A stretch of 64,000 nucleotides of DNA from Eledone cirrhosa (Eukaryota). Shown here in pieces: positions 49,501 to 62,300 of the stretch (position 1 is the first letter of the stretch; each line of letters starts with the position of its first letter). The position numbers and the translations under genes are program-made. The stretch lies in contig OZ024753.1 of assembly GCA_964016885.1 (NCBI GenBank), positions 15,934,001 through 15,998,000 of the forward strand, read 5' to 3'. The notes below the pieces were generated by a model. The model saw nothing but the letters and a program-made list of their open reading frames with translations. It had not been told where the DNA came from and did not search any database.

Positions 49501-49806
49501 CCATATGGTTGTGGAATAGTGTCAATTGAATATTGGCTCAACACGTACTGAATAACCAGGTCATATATTTGAAGCATAGAGTTATGGCCCTTTCCATTCT
49601 GAGTTGTTTCTTTCCAGGAAGTATGTACAAAAATAAACCTCATTTATTCATTCCATGAGAGTATCTTGATCAGTCTATATTTATAGAGATAGATATATAG
49701 ATAGATAGATAGATATCAAATAGAGTGTGGTAAAAAACCAGGATCTAGCTGTTGAAATGGCTGGAGTTCAGCTGTCGGGGTCCTGAATCTTTTCACACAC
49801 ACACAC

Positions 49807-49847
<41 letters not shown>

Positions 49848-49889
49848 ATGATATTAATAAATGGAAACTATATTTATAAAACCATATTT

Positions 49890-49948
49890 CTTTTATTATA
49901 TATATTTCAAGGGTACCAAAATTTTGGTACGCTTTCATCAGATAAAAG
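49890..49948 (-). ncRNA. Intact minimal type I hammerhead ribozyme motif
   Basis: CUUUUAU CUGAUGA AAG-C-GUACCAA AAUU UUGGUAC-C-CUU GAAA UAUAUA UA AUAAAAG. Confidence 0.78.
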
Positions 49949-50139
49949 ACCCTCAGCGATCCCTTGTGGAACCCCTAGCGACCTCTTGTAGAACCCCTAG
50001 TGACCTCTTGTGGACCCTCTAGCAACCCCTTGAGGGACTCCTAGTGACCTCTTGTGGACCCTCAGCGACACCTTGTGGAAGCCCCTAGTGACCTCTTGTG
50101 GACCCCCAGAGTTCAGGGACCACTGGTTGAGAAACGCTG
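49948..50139. mobile_element. hAT/Charlie-like transposon end with about 22-bp subterminal tandem repeats
   Basis: Terminus GGACCACTGGTTGAGAAACGCTG, and GACCTCTTGTGGACCC repeated about 7 times. Confidence 0.6.
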
Positions 50140-50539
50140 ATTTAGAGGTTGCTCTCAGTGTTAAAGTTCAACAAAGCTGAAGATATTTATAATAAAACTG
50201 GATGTTAATACAATATTGTATAAATATTTGTATGCTTGGGTGAAATGTAGCGAGAGCTGCAGTTTATAGTTCCTGCTGTTAACATTTAAATAAATGTGAA
50301 AAGCATTTTTATTGTGTTTGTCCACCGATAAACACAAGGGACTGTGTCTATATGTTTCATGGTTAATTGACCATTCTCCATAAGGCAAGTACTGCTGCCC
50401 ATGAAGAGGGCTATAGACAATCACTACTAGACATAAACTAGAACTTCTATTTTCTCATATACAATGTGATGAGCACAAATGATTATTATTTATACGTGTA
50501 TTGCATCATTGTCAGGCAGCAAGTTAACAAGTATATTGG

Positions 50540-50735
50540 CAGACAGGAACCACTCCTTGCCATGGTGAAAAGATAGAAGCCTGCCTGATATGGTTATGTA
50601 TCCCAATGTAACTCATACTTCAGGGTGTGCCCTGAAGTACGAGTTATATTGGGATACATAACCAAGAGAGAGTGAAGAAGAGGCAGACAAAGAAAATCCT
50701 GGTCCAACACCATCAAAGACTTGACTGGACACTAT
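50540..50735 (+). mobile_element. RTE-like LINE fragment with an internal fold-back hairpin
   Basis: QEPLLAMVKR..YGYV.. and RRGRQRKSWSNTIKD, the same family as 34860-34935. Confidence 0.75.
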
Positions 50736-51644
50736 TAAGTTATAGCTTCTAAAATAAAACGTAAAAGGCTGGTTGAGTTCATTGGCATAATGGTAGCTTA
50801 ATTGTCCAGCAAACAAGAGGTTTGGGTTCAACTCCCATGCGTGCTGTTCAGTGGGTTTATACCGCCCATTATTAGACTATATTATATAATCAATGATACG
50901 GCGACACTTGTATTTCTGTTTCTATTTTCAATTCTAAAAGAGTTTTATGTTATATAAGAATGAGTGGTCTGAAGAAGTTTCCTATCTAAATTGTTAATAT
51001 CTCAATATCCACTGCAATTCCATTTGCTTCCTACATGCAGATGTAACTATACTTTAGATTACTTCCATGAGAAATACAATAATTCCTGGTCCAACTTAAT
51101 CTAAAATAAATACATGTAGATTTAGAATTCCTTTCATTAGAGTGTTTGTCCAGAAACCAAGCAACATAGTCTAAATGTCTTTTTACTTGATTTTAGCAAA
51201 GAAAACAATCTCTGATAGTATTGATTTATTAAATTATTCCTATATTTCTTTCTGTCCGTAAAACTAGTTGAAGTTTTATTCTCTAGTGATGGTCAAACAA
51301 ATAATTTTTTTATTGATTTATTGATGAAATCTGGCAACAGCATAAAAGAACGTTTTTTGTTATATCTTGAATTCAATGAAACTTGTCTATATTGATGCAT
51401 CTTTATAGAATCAGTCCAACTGCAGAAATTCTATAGAGAAAATGAGTATTGTTGTTTTTTCATTTACCTAAGTAATTGATATAATGTAGAAGTTTAAGGT
51501 AATATATCAAATTTTAAATTTTCAATTTGAAAATTATTATTGTTATTATTTTTGTTATTTCCATGTAATTCCAATATACGAAGAAATGTAGATGGTTTCT
51601 TTCTTTCTTTCTTTTAAAAAAAAAGGGGGGGGTGTCCAATCTCA

Positions 51645-51925
51645 CCAAATTGAGAGGTCACAGCTCCGCTACTATGGCCGTATGGTTAGAATGTCTCAGG
51701 AAAGAATCGCTGGGCAGAATTTATGGGCAAAACGAACTGGCAGGAGTCCCAGGGGTAGACGCCGAGCAAGATGGTTGGATAACATCCAGGAGCTTGGCTG
51801 GTCTTGCTCGGGGATCCAGCCGGATCAGTTGGAGACGGTTGCTTCTAACAGGACCCGCTGGAAGGAGTGTTTGAGGACTCTTCCCCCACGACCTTCTCAG
51901 GAATAAGTGGGAGAAGAAGAAGAGA
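51645..51925 (+). mobile_element. RTE-like LINE 3' coding end
   Basis: IERSQLRYYGRMVRM..RSPRGRRRARWLDNI..NRTRWKECLRTLPPRP*, followed by a (GAA)n tail. Confidence 0.85.
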
Positions 51926-52876
51926 GTGGGGGTGCTTGTGACAATAAAATACACCCTGTACACTCTGTAAAATGGCAGTGCTGGTGCCATAATAAAATGC
52001 CCATGTGCTCTCTGTAAAACGATGATGCTTATGCCACAATAAAATACACCCAGTACACTCTGTAAAGTGGTTGTGCTGGGTGTGTTTATTGTGTAGGTCA
52101 CCAACACCAGGGAGATTGCCATGTCCTTGACATAACCCTTTTTTTTTGGCAAGCTTTCTACAGCTGGATGCTCTTCCCATTACCAACCACTTTTCAGCAT
52201 GTATAGGAGTTTAAAATAAATACCTAGAGATAAAAGAGTTTACTCCACTCTTTTGTTACATATATTCCCTCAAGAAACTCTCACTGTCAATGATTTTCAA
52301 ATAATTTTGAAAATAATCAAATATTTGTAGGGATTTCATTAATTTCTGTTTATTAAGCTGGTGTTTGGAACATACCTTAACCAAGGTTATTACATAAAAT
52401 TATAAAGGTAAGTTGGTAGAGACATTAGAATGTTGGATAAAATATTTTGTGCTATTTGTTTCAATTCTCTGTATTCTGAGTTCAAAACCCACTGAATTCA
52501 ACTTTGCGTTTCTTCTGTTTAAGTTTGATAAAGTACCAGCGCCGTACTGGAGTCAATTCTTCCTCTATATATTTTCTCTCTTTCTTCCTCTTTGGAAGAA
52601 ATGAGCTATGTTGAAACCTGGAAAGGAGATGGTCCCCACCAGGTTTAAAACATACAAGGCATGCTGGATGACACTATGACACCCTCTACAATTTCATCAA
52701 AATGTTACAGGTCCATAGACAAATATAAACACTATTTCTGGCAATATTGGGATAACATAACCCTCCCCAAATATAACAATATATATTTCAACACATGATT
52801 TCATATCAAAACCTTTCAAAGCAAACACATCGTCGTCACGTTAAAACAGTTTTATATGGGTTCCATATCAATGAGG

Positions 52877-53104
52877 TTAACCCTTTAACATTCACATTAC
52901 TCTATATATACTATTATATTTTCATGGTAAAGGCTTTACCTTACATAATTATCTCACATAATATCGAATCTATGGGATTTTGAAAGTATTTATTTTGAGA
53001 ACAATACCTTAACATCGGTTTGAGTGACCAGTTACAGCCAGTTTCAACAGAAAGAGGTGGAGAATTCTGACCGGTTCGGGCCAGTTTGAACACTAGAGGG
53101 TTAA
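52877..53104. mobile_element. piggyBac-type MITE
   Basis: TTAA-CCCTTTAAC ... CTAGAGGG-TTAA. Confidence 0.85.
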
Positions 53105-53789
53105 AGGAAAGTATATAGAACATTCTACAATGTGGTTTGATAATTCTGTTCACAATATATTGTGATTATTTTGATGGGTGTTTGATGAAAAGAATAATAC
53201 CAGGATGGAGAATCGAGACCAATGTCGGATTGGTACTTTATTTATCGGCCTGATATGCGATGGGGCCCACCCACCGTCCCGGCGGGCAGAATAGAGAAGG
53301 CATTTCCCCGGAAGACGGCAAGGGAGACGCGCTGGAAAAGCCACTCCAACTCGTAAGACGGAGATGTGATCTTCCATATCAATTGCCAGGAATCAATAAC
53401 TAATAGTGGCTAAAAAATAACTTTTTCTCAATATCTAGCAGACTTATATTCACAACACAAAGAAGGAACATTATGTTTAAATGGAATAGTCAAATATTGA
53501 TTTCTTCCATAAAATCGTTTTGTGTGGACGGGAGGGAGTGTACCTGAAAGAATTACTTGTACACAATATATAAAGGGCAGAGACACATCATGAAAACCTG
53601 ACTATCTAAATCTATTCTAATTTCTATTAAAGAATAATTATTGTGTTCCTTTAGTGTTGATAGAGTTACAGCCCTTAATATTTTCAGCTCAAAAGGTACC
53701 AGTAACACACTTGGGTTGAATTCATCGACTTCCCTTCCCCAAAAATCATTGGCCTTGTGCCTAAATTAGACAATTATTTTATTTCTTTA

Positions 53790-54412
53790 GTGTTGCATAT
53801 AGTTGCGGCCCTTTACATTCTGAGTTCAAATCCTACCGAGGTTAGCTGTACTATTCATCCTTAGAGGCTCGATAAAATAAAGTACCAGTAATGCACTGGG
53901 GTCAATTTAATCATTTAACATTTAAACCAACCAGCCAAATCCAGCCAGAATTCTCTCACCTTTTTCTGTTCAAACCGGCTGTAACTGGTCACTCATACTG
54001 CTGTTAAAGTGTTGTTCCCAAAATAGATAACATCAAAATCGGATGGGTTCAATATTATGATAGATCCTTTACCACTAAAATACAATAGTATATATATAGA
54101 GTAATGTAAATGCTAAAGGGTTAACCAACTTTCCCCTCCACCAAAATTGTTGACTACGTGCCTAAATCAGAAGCCATGCTGGCCTTGTGCCAAAAGTAGG
54201 AACAGTTATTATTATTGCAGATTGGCAGTAGGATACTTTTGGCACAAGGCCAGCAATTTCCCCAGTGCATTACTGGTACTTTATTTTATCGAACCCGTAA
54301 CAATGAAAGGCAAAGTTAACCTTGGCGAGATTTGAACTCAGAATAGAAAGGGTCATAACTATATGCTACAAAGCAGGGTGTCCAACCCTTTACCGATACT
54401 GCCAATCCACTG
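53790..54412. mobile_element. Family A SINE (+) split by a piggyBac-type MITE (53907-54124), followed by an antisense family A SINE (54235-54412)
   Basis: The SINE sequence resumes after the duplicated TTAA. Confidence 0.8.
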
Positions 54413-54644
54413 CTACAATAATATAAACGAAGTAAACCTGAGGAAATTCCAGATCTCCTAAACAAGCTGGTAGGCTTTAGAATAAATATTTTGCTAATGG
54501 AACATGTAGATATATGATTTATATATATACATCACTCCTTCATAGTCAGCCTATAAATGTTTTTAACTACCCTCGTATAGCAGAAATAGTTTTAAGAGAA
54601 GGCTGTGGTGGGGGAGAGGGTCAGGTAATATTTTATGCTGGCAG

Positions 54645-55095
54645 GTGTGTCTTGTCCAGTGCGACATGTCACCAATCATCACACTCCTTTATCATCACTG
54701 TCTTGAGGATCAGCTTCCTGAGGTTTATCTTCATCTTATGTCTTCCTATGCCTATCTCTTCTATCAGTCACATCCATTAAGATTTCTCTGTATTTCTTTA
54801 TATAGCTTTCATCTTCATCCCATATATGGATTACATGTCCATTATGCATCAGGCACTGCATCAGGCCCTCAAACCCTCCCTTATATAGAGATTTTCTCTC
54901 AGTTCATGCTACACCATGCACACACTAACATTACACATCCAGTGGAGAATGCTTACTTCATTTCCTGCCATCCTGTGCAGGCCTTCTTCAGTTAAAGCCC
55001 ATTTGTCTCTACCATGTAGTATTGCAGTTCACATTCAGATATCATACAAAGTACCCTTCACTCTGGGGGAGAAGACCCTTTATTGTCAACAGAAA
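54645..55095 (-). mobile_element. Old RTE-like LINE 3' fragment
   Basis: Reverse complement is homologous to 24070-24490 (RVKGTLYD..TAILHG..NEVSILHWMCNVS). Confidence 0.8.
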
Positions 55096-55171
55096 GAAGT
55101 TCAAGTCCCTATACTTCAGCCCCTTAAATCAATATACTGAATCCATTGGCTGCACTGACACAGGTTTCAAT

Positions 55172-55505
55172 ATAGAACTACTTTATATGAAATACAGTTT
55201 ATAACAGTTTACAACAGAGAAATACTTTATATAAAATACAATTTATAACAGTTTACAAGACAGAACTACTTTATATAAAATACAGTTTATAACAGAGAAC
55301 TACTTTATATAAAATACAGTTTATAACAGTTTACAACACAGAAGTACTTCATATAAAATGAAGTTTACAACACTGAACTACTTTATATAGAATACAGTTT
55401 ATAACATTTTACAACAGATAACTACTTTATATAAAATACAGTTTATAATAGTTTACAACACTGAACTACTTTATATAAAATACAGTTTAAAACAGTTTAC
55501 AACCA
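55172..55505. repeat. About 44-bp AT-rich minisatellite, about 8 copies
   Basis: ACTTTATAT recurs at 55180, 55224, 55268 and onward. Confidence 0.93.
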
Positions 55506-56338
55506 TAATCATTTCATAACAGAGGGGGAATATTTCATGTTTGATGTGTCCCAATAAATAAATAAATAAATATAGGAATAGATGAATAAATAAATAAATA
55601 AATAAAACTATCAACAAGTACAATATGAAACACACTAGTCAATACACTATCCGTTTTAATAGATTTCATGCTTAGAAAATGTTTGTCTTGTGGTTAAAAA
55701 CCATCATGTACACACACAAACACATAAAAAAAAATTGGAACATTATTATATATTAGGTGTTTACACGTGTTGAAATGGAATGAAAACTTGCATGTGGAAT
55801 GTGTGGTATGATGGATATTAGAGAAAAAATATCTATTTATGGAAAATGCTTTTAGCTGGAATTTTAATCAACATTTAGTGAAAACAAAATTATCAAAATA
55901 ATCAAAAGAAAAGTTTGTTAGAATTTTTAAAAGAATAAAAGAAGGTAATGTATAAACTGCAAAGCTGAAGTTCCATATTTAGCAGTTATGTTTGGTTCTG
56001 CTGTAAGCCATCATAGCATCAGAGTAAATCATAGTTAAAACAAATCCATAATTCAGCTCAAGTTAATTATACTAATACATGATACACTTCCTTTAAACTT
56101 TATTCCTCTCCACTTTATGGGTGGATAAACATCTCTCCTCTTAACATCTCACTGCACACATATCACAGCATATATATCTCACCCATTGCAACTCACCACG
56201 CACAACCCACCACTCACAAACCACCACTGACAACCCATCACTCACAGCCCAACACTCACAGCCCACCACTCACAGCCCACCACTCGTTAATCAGTCCTCA
56301 TAACCCACCACACAAGCCCAAATTCCACATCTCTTATC

Positions 56339-59300
56339 ACACAGTTCACAAACGACATCTCATCCCACAGCTAACAAACCACAGTTCACAACTGACATCT
56401 CATCCCACTGCTAACAAACCACAGTTCACAACTGACATCTAATCCCACAGTTAACAAACCACAGTTCACAACCAACATCTCATCCCACAGTTAACAAACC
56501 ACAGTTCACAACTGACATCTCATCCCACAGCTAACAAACCACAGTTCACAACTGACATCTCATCCCACAGTTAACAAACCACAGTTCACCACTGACATCT
56601 CATCCCACAGCTAATAAACCACAGTTCACCACTGACATCTCATCCCACAGCTAACAAACCACAGTTCACAACTGACATCTCATCCCACAGTTAACAAACC
56701 ACAGTTCACCACTGACATCTCATCCCACAGCTAACAAACCACAGTTCACCACTGACATCTCATCCCACAGCTAACAAACCACAGTTCACCACTGACATCT
56801 CATCCCACAGCTAACAAACCACACTTCACAACTGACATCTCAAGGCCCACAGCTAACAAACCACAGTTCACAACTGACATCTCATCCCACACCTAACAAA
56901 CCACAGTTCAAAACCGACATCTCATCCCACAGTTAACAAACCACAGTTCACAACCGACATCTCATCCCACAGCTAACAAACCACAGTTCACAACTGACAT
57001 CTCATGGCCCACAGCTAACAAACCACAGTTCACAACTGACATCTCATCCCACAGCTAACAAACCGCAGTTGACAACTGACATCTCATCCCACAGTTAACA
57101 AACCACAGTTCACAACTGACATCTCAGCCCACAGTTAACAAACCACAGTTCACAACTGACATCTCATCCCACAGTTAACAAACCACAGTTCACAACCGAC
57201 ATCTCATCCCACAGCTAACAAACCACAGTTCACAACTGATATCTCATCCCACAGCTAACAAACCACAGTTCACAACTGAAATCTCATCCCACAGCTAACA
57301 AACTACAGTTCAAAATCGACATCTCATCCCACAGCTAACAAACCACAGTTCACAACCGACATCTCATCCCACAGCTAACAAACCACAGTTCACAACTGAC
57401 ATCTCATCCAACAGCTAACAAACCACAGTTCACAACTGACATCTCATCCCACAGCTAACAAACCACAGTTCACAACTGACATCTCATCCCACAGTTAACA
57501 AACCACAGTTCACCACTGACATCTCATCCCACAGCTAACAAACCACAGTTCACAACTGACATCTCATGGCCCACAGCTAACAAACCACACTTCACAACTG
57601 ACATCTCATTCCACAGCTAACAAACCACAGTTCACAACTGAAATCTCATCCCACAGCTAACAAACCAGAGTTCACAACCGACATCTCATCCCACAGCTAA
57701 CAAACTACAGTTCACAACTGACATCTCATCCCACAGCTAACAAACCACAGTACACAACTGACATCTCATCCCACAGCTAACAAACCACAGTTCACAACTG
57801 ACATCTCATCCCACAGCTAACAAACCACACTTCACAACAGACGTCTCATCCCACAGTTAACAAACCACAGTTCACAACTGAAATCTCATCCCACAGCTAA
57901 CAAACCACAGTTCTCAACCGACATCTCATCCCACAGCTAACAAACCCCAGTTCACAACCAACATCTCATCCCACAGCTAACAAACCACACTTCACAACTG
58001 ACATCTCATCCCACAGTTAACAAACCACAGTTCACAACTGACATCTCATCACACAGTTAAACCACAGTTCACAACCGACATCTCATGCCACAGCTAACAA
58101 ACCACAGTTCACAACTGACATCTCATCCCACAGCTAACAAACCACAGTTCACAACTGAAATGTCATCCCACAGCTAACAAACCACAGTTCAAAATCGACA
58201 TCTCATCCCACAGCTAACAAACCACAGTTCACAACCGACATCTCATCCCACAGCTAACAAACCACAGTTCACAACTGATATCTCATCCAACAGCTAACAA
58301 ACCACAGTTCGCAACTGACATCTCATCCCACAGCTAACAACTGACATCTCATCCCACAGCTAACAAACCCCAGTTCACAACCAACATCTCATCCCACAGC
58401 TAACAAACCACAGTTCACAACTGACATCTCATCCCACAGTTAACAAACCACACTTCACAACTGACATCTCATCCCACAGCTAACAAACCACAGTTCACAA
58501 CTGACATCTCATCCCACAGCTAACAAAAAACAGTTCACAACTGACATCTCATCCCACAGCTAACAAACCACAGTTCACAACCGACATCTCATCCCACAGT
58601 TAACAAACCACAGTTCACAACTGACATCTCATCCCACAGCTAACAAACCACAGTTCACAACTGACATCTCATCCCACAGCTAACAAACCACACTTTAAAA
58701 CCGACATCTCATCCCACAGTGAACAAACCACAGTTCACAACTGACATCTCATCCCACAGCTAACAAAACACAGTTCACAACTGACATCTCATCCCACAGC
58801 TAACAAACCACAGTTCAAAACCGACATCTCATCCCACAGCTAACAAACCACAGTTCACAACCGACATCTCATCCCGCAGCTAACAAACCACAGTTCACAA
58901 CTGACATCTCATCCCACAGCTAACAAACCACAGTTCACAACTGACATCTCATCCCACACCTAACAAACCACAGTTCAAAACCGACATCTCATCCCAAAGC
59001 TAACAAACCACAGTTCACAACTGACATCTCATCCCACAGCTAACAAACCACAGTTCACAACTGACATCTCATCCCACAGTTAACAAACCACAGTTTACCA
59101 CTGACATCTCATCCCACAGCTAACAAACCACAGTTCACAACTGACATCTCATGGCCCACAGCTAACAAACCACACTTCACAACTGACATCTCATTCCACA
59201 GCTAACAAACCACAGTTCACAACTGACATCTCATCCCACAGTTAACAAACCACAGTTCACAACTGATATCTCATCCCACAGCTAACAAACCACAGTTCAC

Positions 59301-62300
59301 AACCGACATCTCATCCCACAGCTAACAAACCCCAGTTCACAACCAACATCTCATCCCACACCTAACAAACCACAGTTCACAACTGACATCTCATCCCAAA
59401 GTTAACAAACCACAGTTCACAACTGACATCTCATGCTGCAGCTAACAAACCACAGTTCACAACTGACATCTCATCTCACAGCTAACAAACCACAGTTCAC
59501 AACTGACATCTCATCCCACAGCTAACAAACCACAGTTCACAACTGACATCTTATCTCACAGCTAACAAACCACAGTTCACAACCGACATCTCATCCCACA
59601 GCTAACAAACCACAGTTCACAACAGACATCTCATCCCACAGTTAACAAACCACAGTTCACAACTGAAATCTCATCCCACAGTTCACAACCGACATCTCAT
59701 CCCACAGCTAACAAACCACAGTTCACAACTGACATCTAATCCCACAGCTAACAAACCACAGTTCACAACCGACATATCATCCCACAGCTAACAAACCACA
59801 GTTCACAACCGACATCTCATCCCACAGTTAACAAACCACAGTTCACAACCGACATCTAATCCCACAGCTAACAAACCACAGTTCACAACTGACATCTAAT
59901 CCCACAGCTAACAAGCCACAGTTCACAACCGACATATCATCCCACAGCTAACAAACCACAGTTCACAACCGACATCTCATCCCACAGTTAACAAACCACA
60001 GTTCACAACCGACATCTAATCCCACAGCTAACAAACCACAGTTCACAACTGACATCTAATCCCACAGCTAACAAACCACAGTTCACAACCGACATCTCAT
60101 CCCACAGTTAACAAACCACAGTTCACAACCGACATCTAATCCCACAGCTAACAAACCACAGTTCACAACTGACATCTAATCCCACAGCTAACAAACAACA
60201 GTTCACAACCGACATATCATCCCACAGCTAACAAACCACAGTTCACAACCGACATCTCATCCCACAGTTAACAAACCACAGTTCACAACCGACATCTAAT
60301 CCCACAGCTAACAAACCACAGTTCACAACCGACATCTCATCCCACAGCTAACAAACCACAGTTCACAACCGACATCTCATCCCACAGTTAACAAACCACA
60401 GTTCACAACCGACATCTAATCCCACAGCTAACAAACCACAGTTCACAACTGACATCTAATCCCACAGCTAACAAACCCCAGTTCACAACCAACATCTCAT
60501 CCCACACCTAACAAACCACAGTTCACAACTGACATCTCATCCCAAAGTTAACAAACCACAGTTCACAACTGACATCTCATCCCACAGTTAACAAACCACA
60601 GTTCACAACTGACATCTCATCCCATGGCTAACAAACCACAGTTCACAACTGACATCTCATCCCACAGCTAACAAACCACACTTCACAACTGACATCTCAT
60701 CCCACAGTTAACAAACCACAGTTCACAACTGAAATCTCATCCCACAGCTAACAAACCACAGTTCACAACCGACATCTCATCCCACAGCTAACAAACGACA
60801 GTTCACAACTGACATCTCATCCCACAGTTAACAAACCACAGTTCACAACTGACATCTCATCCCACAGCTAACAAACCACAGTTCACAACTGACATCTCAT
60901 CCCACAGTTAACAAACCACAGTTCACAACCAACATCTCATCCCACAGTTAACAAACCACAGTTCACAACTGACATCTCATCCTACAGCTAACAAACCACA
61001 GTTCACAACCGACATCTCATCCCACAGTAAACAAACCACAGTTCACCACTGACATCTCATCCCACAGCTAACAAACGACACTTCACAACTGACATCTCAT
61101 TCCACAGCTAACAAACCACAGTTCACAACTGACATCCCATCCCACAGCTAACAAACTACAATTCACAACTGACATCTCATCCCACAGTTAACAAACCAGA
61201 GTTCACAACTGACATCTCATCCCACAGTTAACAAACCACAGTTCACAACTGACATCTCATCCCACAGTTAACAAACCACAGTTCACAACTGACATCTCAT
61301 CCCACAGCTAACAAACCACAGTTCACAACCGACATCTCATCCCACAGTTCACAACAGACATCTCATCCCACAGTTAACAAACCACAGTTCACAACTGAAA
61401 TCTCATCCCACAGTTCACAACCGACATCTCATCCCACAGCTAACAAACCCCAGTTCATAAACAACATCTCATCCCACAGCTAACAAACCACACTTCACAA
61501 CTGACATCTCATCCCACAGTTAACAAACCACAGTTCACAACCGACATCTCATCCCACAGCTAACAAACCACAGTTCACAACTGACATCTCATCCCACAGC
61601 TAACAAACCACGGTTCACAACTGAAATCTCATCCCACAGCTAACAAACCACAGTTCAAAACTGAGATCTCATCCCACAGCTAACAAACCACAGTTCACAA
61701 CCGACATCTCATGCTGCAGCTAACAAACCACAGTTCACAACTGACATCTCATCTCACAGCTAACAAACCACAGTTCACAACTGATATCTCATCCCACAGC
61801 TAACAAACCACAGTTCACAACTGACATCTCATCCCACAGCTAACAAACCACAGTTCACAACTGACATCTAATCCCACAGCTAACAAACCACAGTTCACAA
61901 CCGACATCTCATCCCACAGCTAACAAACCACAGTTCACAACTGACATCTCATCCCACAGCTAACAAACCACAGTTCACAACTGACATCTCATCCCACAGT
62001 TAACAAACCACAGTTCACAACTGACATCTCATCCCACAGCTAACAAACCACAGTTCACAACTGACATCTCATCCCACAGTTAACAAACCACAGTTCACAA
62101 CTGACATCTCATCCCACAGCTAACAAACCACAGTTCACAACTGACATCTCATCCCACAGCTAACAAACCACAGTTCACAACTGACATCTCATCCTACAGC
62201 TAACAAACCACAGTTCACAACCGACATCTCATCCCACAGCTAACAAACCACAGCTCACAACTGAAATCTCATCCCACACCTAACAAACCACAGTTCACAA

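Noticed and set aside
50161-50424. 87-aa minus-strand ORF or possible exon
   Set aside because: There is no recognisable homology or convincing splice donor.
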